DNA from: an uncultured virus (IMG/VR IMGVR_UViG_3300030202_003905)
Taxonomy: Duplodnaviria > Heunggongvirae > Uroviricota > Caudoviricetes
Virus record (IMG/VR): IMGVR_UViG_3300030202_003905
Direction: 5' to 3' (one strand)
DNA: 64,000 bases
Shown here: piece by piece, positions 9,977 to 19,241 of the stretch
Layout of the letters: every line of letters begins with the position of its first letter
Numbering within the stretch: position 1 is the first letter of the stretch
Translations under genes and position numbers: made by a program
The notes under the pieces: model-generated
Databases searched by the model: none
Seen by the model: the letters and a program-made list of their open reading frames with translations, nothing else
Told to the model about the DNA's origin: nothing

Positions 9977-10057
9977 GACCAAGCAGGCTGTTTGGTGGGG
10001 CTGCGATGTATGTGGTGGTACTTGTAGCTTTGTAGGTAAGCCTGCTTGGTTTTTTTT
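9977..10057 (+). ncRNA. Candidate ~80-nt late small RNA hairpin
   Basis: Perfect 12-bp ACCAAGCAGGCT/AGCCTGCTTGGT stem with an inner G-U-rich stem, TAAATA at 9966-9971 and a T8 tail. Confidence 0.45.
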
Positions 10058-10079
10058 GGAATGATGTTATAATATGAGT

Positions 10080-10253
10080 ATGATGTCTAATAAAGACTTA
10101 GCAACATGGTTAAACACATCAGGAATGCTACTACAAATTTTAGAAGAGTTTAATGATGAAAACGAGCAGTTAAACATGGCTTCTGAATCAGGAAGACTAA
10201 TTTTAGCAGAGTTTATTATTGAAAAAATTAAAGATACCGTCAATAAAAAATGA
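10080..10253 (+). CDS. Small hypothetical protein (57 aa, not in ORF track)
   Basis: MMSNKDLATWL...NMASESGRLILAEFI; TATAAT 6 nt upstream; ATGA overlap with rmlA. Confidence 0.65.
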   Translation: MMSNKDLATWLNTSGMLLQILEEFNDENEQLNMASESGRLILAEFIIEKIKDTVNKK

Positions 10254-11125
10254 AAGGTATAATTTTAGCAGGTGGGACAGGTTCGAGAGTTTACCCTTCA
10301 ACCACCACTGTTTCAAAACAGCTCCTACCTGTCTATGATAAACCTACTATCTATTACCCATTAAGCACTTTAATTAAATTGGGTATTAAAGATATAATGA
10401 TTATTACTAATGGGTTAAGTTACCCAAATTTATTAACATTATTCAAACAAGCAGACGGTAAAGGTAAACCATATCTTGGATTAAATTTTACATTTAAAGT
10501 TCAAATCCAACCTAAAGGTATAGCAGAGGCTCTAATAATAGCAGAAAAATGGCAAGGTGCAGAAGATGTTTGTTTGATATTGGGTGATAATATTTTCACA
10601 GGTATTCAGCCTTTTGAATGGTCAAAAGATTGTGGGGCTCATGTAGTGGGGTATAAAGTTTCAAATCCTTCAGATTACGGGGTAATAGAAACCAAACAAG
10701 TCGGTAGTAAAAAAATGGTAAAATCTATCGAAGAAAAACCAGACTGCCCTATGAGTAATATTGCGGCAACAGGTATATATTTTTACGACGAAACAGCAGG
10801 AGAACGAGCAAGAAATTTAAAGCCATCTAATAGGGGAGAATTAGAAATAACAGATTTAAATAAGAGTTATTTGAAAGAAGATTTGCTTTGTTACAGTGAG
10901 TTAGATAGTCATTTCGCATGGTTTGATACAGGCAACCCTGATGAAATGTTTGCTGCAAGTATGTATGTGAAATCTATACAAGACAGAACCCAAACAATGA
11001 TTGGTTGTATTGAAGGTGAAGCTTACAAGGAAGGGTTTATTAGTAGAGATGAGTTAAGTAAAATAAAAGATAAAATGCCTTCATGTCAATACAAAACAAA
11101 TTTAACAATGAGTTACTTAATATGA
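10250..11125 (+). CDS. rmlA: Glucose-1-phosphate thymidylyltransferase
   Basis: KGIILAGGTGSR, SKQLLPVYDKP, LILGDNIF, EEKP, RGELEITD, WFDTG. Confidence 0.93.
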   Translation: MKGIILAGGTGSRVYPSTTTVSKQLLPVYDKPTIYYPLSTLIKLGIKDIMIITNGLSYPNLLTLFKQADGKGKPYLGLNFTFKVQIQPKGIAEALIIAEKWQGAEDVCLILGDNIFTGIQPFEWSKDCGAHVVGYKVSNPSDYGVIETKQVGSKKMVKSIEEKPDCPMSNIAATGIYFYDETAGERARNLKPSNRGELEITDLNKSYLKEDLLCYSELDSHFAWFDTGNPDEMFAASMYVKSIQDRTQTMIGCIEGEAYKEGFISRDELSKIKDKMPSCQYKTNLTMSYLI

Positions 11126-11919
11126 ATAAAAAAATATTAGTAATAGGCGACTTATGTACAGATACATTCATTTACGGGAAAGCAACTAGATTGTGTCCCG
11201 ACGTTCCAGCGCCAATATTAATACCATCTAAAACTGTAGTTGATATGGGTATGGCTGGTAATGTTGTAAAGAATTTTCGGTCTTTAGGTGTAGATGTAGA
11301 TTTTATTCACAATACAGAAAAAGAAATGAATAAAATTAGATATGTAGATGAGCAAACCAATCATACGTTTTTAAGAGTAGATGAAGGTGATGAATCAGAG
11401 AAAGGATGTGTTGCTGGGAGTTGTTGGCACGATCCAAAAGATTATGATGCAATAGTAATATCAGATTATTGTAAAGGGTTTGTAACGGAGTCAATTATTA
11501 GACATTGTTGTGAAAAAAATCCAAACGTCTTTATCGATACGAAAAAGGTTCTTGGAGACTTTTGCAAAAAAGCAAAAGCTATAAAAATTAACGAACCTGA
11601 ATATAATGCTTTAGAAGGTAAAATAAACGAAGAAGAGTGGGAAGAAAATTTAATTGTTACGCTAGGTAAACAAGGCTGTAGATGGAAAGGGTGTGTCTAT
11701 GCAGCTTTTGAAGTAGAGGTGTTTGATCTTTGTGGGGCGGGGGATTCATTTCTTGCAGCTTTGGTTTATAAGTACTTGGAAACTGACTGTATGATGGAAT
11801 CAATAATATTTGCAAATGATATGGCAAGTCAAGTTGTACAAAAGAGGGGCGTGGTAGCATGCTTTTCACGCACCAACGACGTTGGGGAAGAAGAATTAGT
11901 TAAAAAGATAAATGCTTAA
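11122..11919 (+). CDS. PfkB-family heptose-7-phosphate kinase (HldE/RfaE domain I-like)
   Basis: ILVIGD..D.FIYG...RLCPDVPAP, G.AGNV, SDY.KG, DLCGAGDSF. Confidence 0.82.
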   Translation: MNKKILVIGDLCTDTFIYGKATRLCPDVPAPILIPSKTVVDMGMAGNVVKNFRSLGVDVDFIHNTEKEMNKIRYVDEQTNHTFLRVDEGDESEKGCVAGSCWHDPKDYDAIVISDYCKGFVTESIIRHCCEKNPNVFIDTKKVLGDFCKKAKAIKINEPEYNALEGKINEEEWEENLIVTLGKQGCRWKGCVYAAFEVEVFDLCGAGDSFLAALVYKYLETDCMMESIIFANDMASQVVQKRGVVACFSRTNDVGEEELVKKINA

Positions 11920-12145
11920 AGTTAAAAAAGGCAATCTTATTCAGTTTACTAATTTAGTAAATGAATGCTGTGAACTGATTGATGATAGTATGGTAGAAGA
12001 GTTTTTAACAACCCCTCATGGTTATTTTAATAATACTTCACCCTTGGAGGAATTTAACGAACATGGTCCTTCAAAAATTTTAAGACTTCTTTATTTCATT
12101 GATATTGGTGAAGCAGATATTTTTGATAAAAAGACCATTGACTGA
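11912..12145 (+). CDS. Small protein resembling the Xre/MbcA/ParS antitoxin C-terminal domain
   Basis: EEFLTTPHGYFNNTSPLE resembles the W/F-L..P...F.G..PL pattern. Confidence 0.45.
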   Translation: MLKVKKGNLIQFTNLVNECCELIDDSMVEEFLTTPHGYFNNTSPLEEFNEHGPSKILRLLYFIDIGEADIFDKKTID

Positions 12146-12165
12146 AATAAGGATTAAATTATAAT
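12138..12165 (+). promoter_or_regulatory. Sigma70-type promoter (TTGACT-16-TATAAT) for the tRNA cluster
   Basis: Near-consensus hexamers; ATG 6 nt downstream. Confidence 0.75.
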
Positions 12166-12171
12166 ATACGC

Positions 12172-12261
12172 ATGAGCACAACGTTGCATATAATGAAAGA
12201 GTTAGCTAAGGACGATATTTGGTTTATATTATTTCTTAATTTGCTAGTGTGGTGTCTCTAA
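12172..12261 (+). CDS. 29-aa hydrophobic peptide
   Basis: MSTTLHIMKELAKDDIWFILFLNLLVWCL*; start 6 nt after TATAAT. Confidence 0.45.
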   Translation: MSTTLHIMKELAKDDIWFILFLNLLVWCL

Positions 12262-12265
12262 TTAA

Positions 12266-12352
12266 GCCGATGTGGTGGAATTGGTAGACACGGCAGACTT
12301 AAAATCTGCTTCCTGCGGAGGAGTAACGGTTCGAGTCCGTTCATCGGTACCA
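12266..12352 (+). tRNA. tRNA-Leu(TAA)
   Basis: Cloverleaf with GCAGA-CTTAAAA-TCTGC anticodon arm, long variable arm, GGTTCGAGTCC and encoded CCA. Confidence 0.95.
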
Positions 12353-12356
12353 TTTT

Positions 12357-12446
12357 ATGACAAAAAAACAAAAAATCTATTGGTGGGTGACTATTGCAAT
12401 TATCGTAGTATTGAATTGCGTTGTTGCTAGCCTAACCTTGGTGTAA
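12357..12446 (+). CDS. 29-aa single-pass membrane peptide between tRNAs
   Basis: MTKKQKIYWWVTIAIIVVLNCVVASLTLV* fills the spacer almost exactly. Confidence 0.45.
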   Translation: MTKKQKIYWWVTIAIIVVLNCVVASLTLV

Positions 12447-12447
12447 T

Positions 12448-12524
12448 GCTCCAGTAGCTCAATTGGATAGAGCATCTGCCTTCTAAGCAGAGGGTTACTG
12501 GTTCGAGTCCAGTCTGGAGTACCA
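12448..12524 (+). tRNA. tRNA-Arg(TCT)
   Basis: TCTGC-CTTCTAA-GCAGA anticodon arm, GTTCGAGTC T-loop, CCA end. Confidence 0.95.
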
Positions 12525-12537
12525 TAAGTATTTTTAA

Positions 12538-12614
12538 GCCAGCTTAGCTCAGCCCGGCAGAGCAACGGTTTTGTAAACCGTCGGTCCTCGGTTCGAATCC
12601 GAGAGCTGGCTCCA
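12538..12614 (+). tRNA. tRNA-Thr(TGT)
   Basis: ACGGT-TTTGTAA-ACCGT anticodon arm, GGTTCGAATCC, CCA end. Confidence 0.95.
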
Positions 12615-12805
12615 CTTTTTATTTCAAGATAATTTACCAATTAACTGGTAAAGATAGGTAATTGCTCGTTGTATCCGTTGTTCTCCCGGTAGTCTTTTAA
12701 TATTATTTGATGGTATAACGGGGTGCTTTATTATATCATCTTTCTAAAGAGATAAGAATGGTTTATTTAACTTGAATTTCCAAAGTTAACCGCTATAATA
12801 AATTC

Positions 12806-12982
12806 ATGAGCGATAAGATTCCATACTCTCAAGTTAATAAAACTGTCAAACCTGCTGCTAATTCAAAAGCAAAACCTGGTAAAATTACCACCGGGGGTAA
12901 TAGCTCAGCAGGAAAAGGGGACACTCCAAGACACGAGTTAAAAGCGTATGCCGATAACTACGATGATATAAAATGGGATTAA
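12806..12982 (+). CDS. Small hypothetical protein (58 aa, not in ORF track)
   Basis: MSDKIPYSQ...AGKGDTPRHELKAYADNYDDIKWD*; TTGAAT-16-TATAAT 6 nt upstream. Confidence 0.7.
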   Translation: MSDKIPYSQVNKTVKPAANSKAKPGKITTGGNSSAGKGDTPRHELKAYADNYDDIKWD

Positions 12983-12983
12983 T

Positions 12984-13448
12984 ATGCCAAAGCAGTCACA
13001 GTTAGACGAAACATATTTACGAATGGCCAACATTTGGAGTTTATTATCCAAAGCAAAAAGAAAAAAGGTTGGTTGTTTGATAGTAAAAAACGGTCAAATT
13101 ATTTCAGATGGGTATAATGGTACTCCTGCAGGTTTTGATAACGCTTGTGAGTTTGTAAATGAAGGTTTCTTAGACCGAGCTGAAAATAAATTACAAACTA
13201 AACCTGAAGTACTTCATGCAGAATCTAATGCATTAATGAAGTTAGCTAAGAGTACAAACAGTAGCGACGGGTGTACAATTTATCTAACTATGAGCCCCTG
13301 TTTCGACTGTGCTAAATTAATTATACAGGCAGGCGTAAAAAGAGTAGTTTATTCAGAAGCATATAGAAATACTAGTGGTGTAGATTTTTTAAGAAAAAAT
13401 AACATCAAATGTAAGAAATTAACTGTAACAGACGTGGTAAGAATATGA
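12984..13448 (+). CDS. dCMP deaminase
   Basis: SDGYNGTP, HAESNA and SPCFDC zinc motifs. Confidence 0.92.
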   Translation: MPKQSQLDETYLRMANIWSLLSKAKRKKVGCLIVKNGQIISDGYNGTPAGFDNACEFVNEGFLDRAENKLQTKPEVLHAESNALMKLAKSTNSSDGCTIYLTMSPCFDCAKLIIQAGVKRVVYSEAYRNTSGVDFLRKNNIKCKKLTVTDVVRI

Positions 13449-13726
13449 ATGAACCATTAGTAATGTTTTTTGGAGCAATGATGTCTTTAAGCTTTGCTAT
13501 TTGTTTTGCTCCACAAGTTTATAAAATTTATAAAAATAAAAGTTCTAAAAATGTTTCCTGTGCAATGTGTGTTTTACAAATAGCGGGTAACGTTGGCGGT
13601 TTGGGATTAGCATTTTCACAAGAATCCGATTTTTGGTTTAAACTAAATTACGGTTTTGGTTTAACTATGTCAATAGCATTGACTTACTTTTGGTGGACAT
13701 ATCGTATAAATACTAGATATGCCTAA
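13445..13726 (+). CDS. SemiSWEET/PQ-loop family transporter
   Basis: Three hydrophobic helices and FAPQVYKIYKNKSSKNVS PQ-loop. Confidence 0.75.
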   Translation: MNEPLVMFFGAMMSLSFAICFAPQVYKIYKNKSSKNVSCAMCVLQIAGNVGGLGLAFSQESDFWFKLNYGFGLTMSIALTYFWWTYRINTRYA

Positions 13727-14012
13727 TACAGAAACAAAAGTATCCTTTAACAACCTGGATACCTTTTTAAAATTAGCACCAATTATAGGTTTAGCAGTTC
13801 TAGCTTATTTACAAACTCTTTTTCCATCAAAAGATGACTTTTCCAAAATTCATGATACAATGCACGAAGTAGAAAAACAAGTTATTCTTCTTACTGCTAT
13901 GCAAAATACAGTAAATCAAAACGCAAGGAATATTAATGATGTACAAAAAGCCATAACACAGATACAAATTGACATGGTAAAAATAGAAAATAAATCATCA
14001 TCAAACCCTTGA
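13719..14012 (+). CDS. Membrane-anchored coiled-coil protein (possible lysis accessory)
   Basis: One TM segment followed by a coiled coil; TATAAATA 6 nt before ATG. Confidence 0.55.
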   Translation: MPNTETKVSFNNLDTFLKLAPIIGLAVLAYLQTLFPSKDDFSKIHDTMHEVEKQVILLTAMQNTVNQNARNINDVQKAITQIQIDMVKIENKSSSNP

Positions 14013-14042
14013 TCTCTTATTAGTTTACTCTAATATAGAGAC

Positions 14043-14180
14043 ATGGCGAAAAGTAGTTCTACAACAAAAATAACATTTGGAAAACCTCCAAAAAAGAGAA
14101 AAGGTCAAGTTTCAAAAAATTGGTCAACCAATAAAAAATCAAAACTTTATAAAAAGCCTTATAAAGGGCAAGGCAAATAA
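14043..14180 (+). CDS. Small basic protein (45 aa, not in ORF track)
   Basis: MAKSSSTTKITFGKPPKKRKG...KKPYKGQGK*; stop overlaps the next ATG. Confidence 0.65.
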   Translation: MAKSSSTTKITFGKPPKKRKGQVSKNWSTNKKSKLYKKPYKGQGK

Positions 14181-14965
14181 TGAGTGATTTTTGTGTAGGG
14201 ACCACCGTTATTCATAGCGAGTGGGTTGAGGAGTATAATAAGAACTTTTTTGATCTTTCTGATAGATTAAAAAACGTTGAATTTTTCTGCGTTACTAATA
14301 AACCAGAAGATATTATTAAAAAAGATAATATTAAAGTGGTTGATATTAAAAAATATACAGACACTTCCTTTACAAAAAATTATAACTTAGATACTGGATT
14401 TGCCACTATTCTACAAGCTACCAGATACGGGTTACATGAAGCTTATGAAGCTGGTTATACAAAAGTTTTACATCTTCAAACTGATATTATGTATCATCAT
14501 GATGATGTCGAAAAAATAAATCAAGAATCATTAAGCAAACATTTTAGAAAAGGAGTATATTTTGAACTTGGTGGTAATCTTTTAAATCTTCTATACGGGA
14601 AAGATAAAAAAGCAAAAGAATTAGTAAACAAATACGATCTTAAACGTAAAATGGAAAGAATTTCTGTTGGTGACGATCCTATTGTATTTTTAAAATTAAA
14701 TGATAAGGACCATTTCAAACAATTTTTAGATAATTTAGAAATTTTATGTGAAGAAACTATTAAACACGAGCCATATACAACAGGATTGTCAGTAGAGCTT
14801 GCAATTGCAATGTATCAAACCGGAACAAAATCCTATTATAATTACCATAGCCCTGTACATTTAAATGTAGAAAGATTCTTTGATGTAGATAATAATTTTT
14901 TACATGTTAGACATTATGAAGATAGAGACCCAGAAATGGCTAGAAATCTCGGCATTACAGTATAA
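14180..14965 (+). CDS. Putative glycosyltransferase-like protein
   Basis: FFCVTNKPED and VLHLQTD weakly resemble a GT-A fold. Confidence 0.45.
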   Translation: MSDFCVGTTVIHSEWVEEYNKNFFDLSDRLKNVEFFCVTNKPEDIIKKDNIKVVDIKKYTDTSFTKNYNLDTGFATILQATRYGLHEAYEAGYTKVLHLQTDIMYHHDDVEKINQESLSKHFRKGVYFELGGNLLNLLYGKDKKAKELVNKYDLKRKMERISVGDDPIVFLKLNDKDHFKQFLDNLEILCEETIKHEPYTTGLSVELAIAMYQTGTKSYYNYHSPVHLNVERFFDVDNNFLHVRHYEDRDPEMARNLGITV

Positions 14966-14974
14966 AATAAATTA

Positions 14975-15229
14975 ATGAACAGTACTGCTGATAAATTTGT
15001 AAAAGGTATCTATTCAGAATATGTTGGTAAACGTAGCCAGGTATTAGCTGAAATAGAAGTATATCTCAACTCCCCAGTAGGGGTAGGAGAACACAGTAAA
15101 ATTTCTGTTGAAATTAAAAACAGATTAGAAGAATTGGCTCAAGTAGATGATGTTGTTAACACAATTGAAAAACATTTTGATGTTAAGCCAGCTATTGCAG
15201 AGCCAAACGTAGATCAAACTGGAGAATAA
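14975..15229 (+). CDS. Hypothetical phage protein
   Basis: IEVYLNSPVGVGEH motif, which I recall from T4-like phages. Confidence 0.65.
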   Translation: MNSTADKFVKGIYSEYVGKRSQVLAEIEVYLNSPVGVGEHSKISVEIKNRLEELAQVDDVVNTIEKHFDVKPAIAEPNVDQTGE

Positions 15230-15915
15230 TGCAAACGATTATCGTATCTGCAACAGCTAAGGAATTTTACACTGACACCGATCTTTATAAAAGTTTAGTA
15301 CACCATAAACTTGTTGACATGTATGCACGTCCTGGATTAATAGACGTGTTAAACATAAAAACGGAAAATAAAGAAGGTCTCACGTCAGTATATAATAATT
15401 TTTTAGACAAATACCAAGATAAAGATACGATAATTTTTGCCCACGATGATATAGCAATTGATTCTGTCAATTTTATAGAAACGGTGAACTCCTTTTTGCA
15501 TGAAAAGGAGTTTGCTGTTGCTGGGTTGGCAGGAGGAAGTAAAATACAAAAAAGAAAACCGTTTTTATGGCATTTAATAACCAAAAAAGATACACAAAGC
15601 GGCATTGTTTTTCATCCTCATGGGGAGTATAATTACCCTACAACATTTGGACCAACCCCAAAAGAGGTAGCCGTACTAGATGGGTGCTTTTTAGCAGTTA
15701 ATGTTAAAAAGTTAAAAGAAAAAAATGTTAGATTCGACGAAAATATAAAAGGCTTCCATCAATATGATATGAAATTTTGTATTGATTGTAAAAAAGCAGG
15801 TCTAAGACTTACTACAATGCCTATTAATACTATTCATAATTCTCCAGGGCTTAGTAATGTAAAAGACAAAGGCTTTTTGGAGTGTCAAGATTACATTTTA
15901 AAATCTATTTCTTAA
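15229..15915 (+). CDS. GT-A glycosyltransferase (GT2-like)
   Basis: SVYN, IFAHDD, LDGCFLAV, FDE...FHQYD. Confidence 0.8.
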   Translation: MQTIIVSATAKEFYTDTDLYKSLVHHKLVDMYARPGLIDVLNIKTENKEGLTSVYNNFLDKYQDKDTIIFAHDDIAIDSVNFIETVNSFLHEKEFAVAGLAGGSKIQKRKPFLWHLITKKDTQSGIVFHPHGEYNYPTTFGPTPKEVAVLDGCFLAVNVKKLKEKNVRFDENIKGFHQYDMKFCIDCKKAGLRLTTMPINTIHNSPGLSNVKDKGFLECQDYILKSIS

Positions 15916-18110
15916 CATTTGCAAGTGGCTTGGCAGGATAAGTAAATGGGTTTTCATTATTTTTTCCATCTATTCTTACTTCCTTATTATCATCTTTTAA
16001 GTCTAAAGGCAGATTAGAAAATTTATGAGAGTGTTGATAGGTCGCTATGCAGTTTGGAACCATAGAACCCATAACTGGATATATACCAGAAGATGACCCC
16101 CGTGTAATAGAAACTCTACCAATAACAGAAGCTGCGTCTGTTGTACCATATACCATAGTACCTTCTGTTTCTTGAATTTCTTTTGGTGCTGTTATATGAT
16201 TAATTGAAAGTTCTCCATCAACATGTAACCCTCCTTTAATAATTACATTTCCATTTACACCGAAATTAGAATCAACCAATACTTGACCACCTTGTTTATT
16301 TTTAATTGTTACAATATCTGCTTGTAGACTTAATCTTTTCCCACCTGATATATTTGTTTCAAATTCAGAAGAAAGATTTAATTGTTCTCCTGCAACATTA
16401 GTAATAGTTCCTGAAACATCTACAGTACCATATGATTTCATACTTATGCCTCCCGACCCTACAGTAACATTAAAACGATTTGCGACATTTAAAGAATAAG
16501 AACCACCTGGCATATCATCTACATGAACATATTCAAACATAGGGCTTTCTTTCATACTAACAAAAGCGCCAAGAGGATCGAGAGCTATAGAGCTATTTGT
16601 AATTTTACCCACACTATCAACTCTAACATTACCAAAATCGTTCATTACCAACCCTATTGTTTCGACTTTATTTTTAGTCACATCAACAATATAGTTACCA
16701 CCAAGACCCATTTTCTTCTCAATATCAGCTAATTTTACTATTTGTTTTTTATATTCGGTTCTATATGCATCTATAGTTTTTCTTGGATCANNNNNNNNNN
16801 GTTTTAGTAGCGCCTTTACCTACCCCTGGTGGTAATACCGCGAGATCGGGGATTATACCGGTCAATGCAGTGGCTAGTTTTATTGTAGCGCCTATCGGAT
16901 TAAATCGCGCTGCTTTATTATTAGTTACTAGGTATTCTTTACCTGTACTACACACAGGACAAGGACCAAAATTACCGTCTCTTTCTTGCAAAGTAGAAGT
17001 TAATTTTAAAAATTGACCCCCTTCTAATACTTCAGCTCTTTTAGTTTCGAATAACTGTTTTATATTTGCTATACTTGCAACTATAGTATGCCATTCTTTA
17101 AAACATTCTTCTTTAAGATTTCCTGTTTTAAAATAATAATCACCTCTTACAATATAATCTAAATCTCTTTCCGTGTATATATTTCGAAAACCTCTTACTG
17201 TGTCATATTGATCTTGTAAAACTAATTTTTGATCATCGTGAGTAGCTAACTCAACATTTGTTTTAAGTGCGAATTGTTTAAAAGAGCCATTGTACCCAGA
17301 GATCTTAAGACTTTCTCTATAATCAGAATTTACAAATTCTATGGTCCCTCCTTTTTGGTTTATAATATATTTGTTTTTATAGTAATCTATATCAGATTCG
17401 TTAGATGCAGATAAGCTTGTATTTTCAAAACCACCAGGATAATCATATCCCGATTTACCACCATACATTTGATCCCAATCAAATTGACCATAACTAGCAG
17501 CAAAGTAAACAGGAAATAGAGGATCACCATCATGAAAAAATACCCATACATGAGCACCCACAGAAGGAACAGCAAAAGAACCTTTTACTTTATTAGAGTA
17601 AACGCTAGGCGTATAATCAAACGAATTAATGTTTACATTGTTTACATTATTTTCTGAACTATCAAAAGCATCATTAACTTTAAATCTATATTTTTCGTAT
17701 ACGTTACCTTCTTTTTCACCTATAAGATCGATATTCTGTTGTCCGGATTCTGAACTATTATCTTTATTTGTAATAGGGTCTGCTTCAAATCCGCTTATAC
17801 CAGAAAAACTACTATCTGATGATGAAGCATAATTTGGAAAAGCATTTAATCTCCCTGAACTCATTTCACCTGTGATAGGAGAAGCACAGATACTCCACGG
17901 AAGCATCTTTTTTAAATCTTCATATATGTTGTTTAAATCACTATCGATATTTGCACCTAGAAATTTAAACTTTTTATCTTCTGGTATTTCATTCCAGTTT
18001 TTATATACCGTAGGAGACACATGAGGTACAAAAATTTTAACACGACCTCTACCTAAAGGGTCGTTGTTTTGAATTATTATACCTAAATAATTTCCGTAAT
18101 ATTCTTTCAT
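15905..18110 (-). CDS. gp5: Baseplate hub/needle protein (gp5/VgrG OB-fold), one gene spanning the N-gap
   Basis: YLGIIIQNNDPLGRGRVKIFVP and PSVGAHVWVFFHDGDPLFPVYFA; beta-helix-like C-terminus; frame open on both sides of the gap. Confidence 0.75.
16791..16800. other. Assembly gap (10 N)
   Basis: Run of n in the sequence. Confidence 1.
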
Positions 18111-18111
18111 T

Positions 18112-19173
18112 TTAATCTGGGGTATCGGATTCTTCTGTTTCGTATACTTTTCGTTCTATAGATATAATTTCATCTGGTGTTATCGAAACATCTAAATCAT
18201 ATGGTCCCATTACATATGGTTCTTGTCTATTTTTAAATTTTTGTTTTAACCCACGTTGAATGTCTTCAAATGAATTACCTTCTTTTGAAAATTTACCTGT
18301 TCTAAGTCCTACTTCTTTTACTGAAGCATCACCTAAAGCTTGTTTTGATATTTGTACATTTGTATCTGTTAATGTTTCTATTATCCCTGGGTTTTTTCTT
18401 ATATCAACTTTATCTCTTTTTGTTAAATTTATATCAGTTTCACACCCTAAGAATTTTGAAAGAGTTAATCTTCCAAGTTCTTGTTGATTATTCATATTTA
18501 AAAATTTTAAAGACAGAGCATCTTCTATACCGTTTAATGTACCTGTAATGGTATTCTGTATATCAGATAATGTTTTTTCAAAAGCTTCACTTATACTATC
18601 CCCAATACCCGTTAAAGGAGGTACCTTAAATTGATCTAAAGTAGGTATACCTAAACTTACCGAAAAAATGCCTAACAAATCTTTTAACTTATCTCCTATA
18701 CAATCAACAATTTGAGGTAAGTTCATATCTATAGCAGAACTTCTTTTAACACTAGCTAAATCAATTGGTATAGCATTACCAGCGGCATCAATAAAATTTT
18801 TAGAAGTTAACTTATCTGTGTTTAATAAATTTACCGTTTCAGTAGGAAGTTTTGCTGTATTTTGAACAGCCGTAGAAAGATTTCCTTTTAATTCTTCTAC
18901 CCGTTTAAAAGGATCTGTTATTCCAGAAATCGTACTGGTTATAGAATTAGATACACCCGAAAAAATACCTGATGACGTATTAGTTACAACTTTTCCTAAA
19001 CCTGCAAAATCACCTGTTGCTAAAGCTTTAGTAAAATCAAAAGCACCGCCAATGGCACCTGTAGCTGTAGATATGGTACCACTAATAAAATTGGTCACCC
19101 CACCTGCAGCAGACTGAAAAACTTTTTGAACACCAGATAGAGTATTTGTATTCCCTATAAATGGAATGGCCAT
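18112..19173 (-). CDS. Hypothetical virion/baseplate-associated protein
   Basis: G/S/T-rich amphipathic N-terminus; TAAATA 5 nt before ATG 19173; coupled to gp5. Confidence 0.55.
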   Translation of the reverse strand: MAIPFIGNTNTLSGVQKVFQSAAGGVTNFISGTISTATGAIGGAFDFTKALATGDFAGLGKVVTNTSSGIFSGVSNSITSTISGITDPFKRVEELKGNLSTAVQNTAKLPTETVNLLNTDKLTSKNFIDAAGNAIPIDLASVKRSSAIDMNLPQIVDCIGDKLKDLLGIFSVSLGIPTLDQFKVPPLTGIGDSISEAFEKTLSDIQNTITGTLNGIEDALSLKFLNMNNQQELGRLTLSKFLGCETDINLTKRDKVDIRKNPGIIETLTDTNVQISKQALGDASVKEVGLRTGKFSKEGNSFEDIQRGLKQKFKNRQEPYVMGPYDLDVSITPDEIISIERKVYETEESDTPD

Positions 19174-19241
19174 TAAATTATTTAATTGGTAAATCATATA
19201 AACAAGCTTGATATTTTAGGTATAAACATTATAATATTCAT

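Noticed and set aside
12377..12640. 87-aa minus-strand ORF
   Set aside because: It is antisense to tRNA-Arg and tRNA-Thr
12615..12770. Additional tRNA or gene after tRNA-Thr
   Set aside because: No T-loop or cloverleaf; a minus-strand open stretch lacks a standard start codon
15905..18110. Split gp5 suggesting an intron, frameshift or pseudogene
   Set aside because: The break coincides with the 10-N assembly gap and both flanks are open
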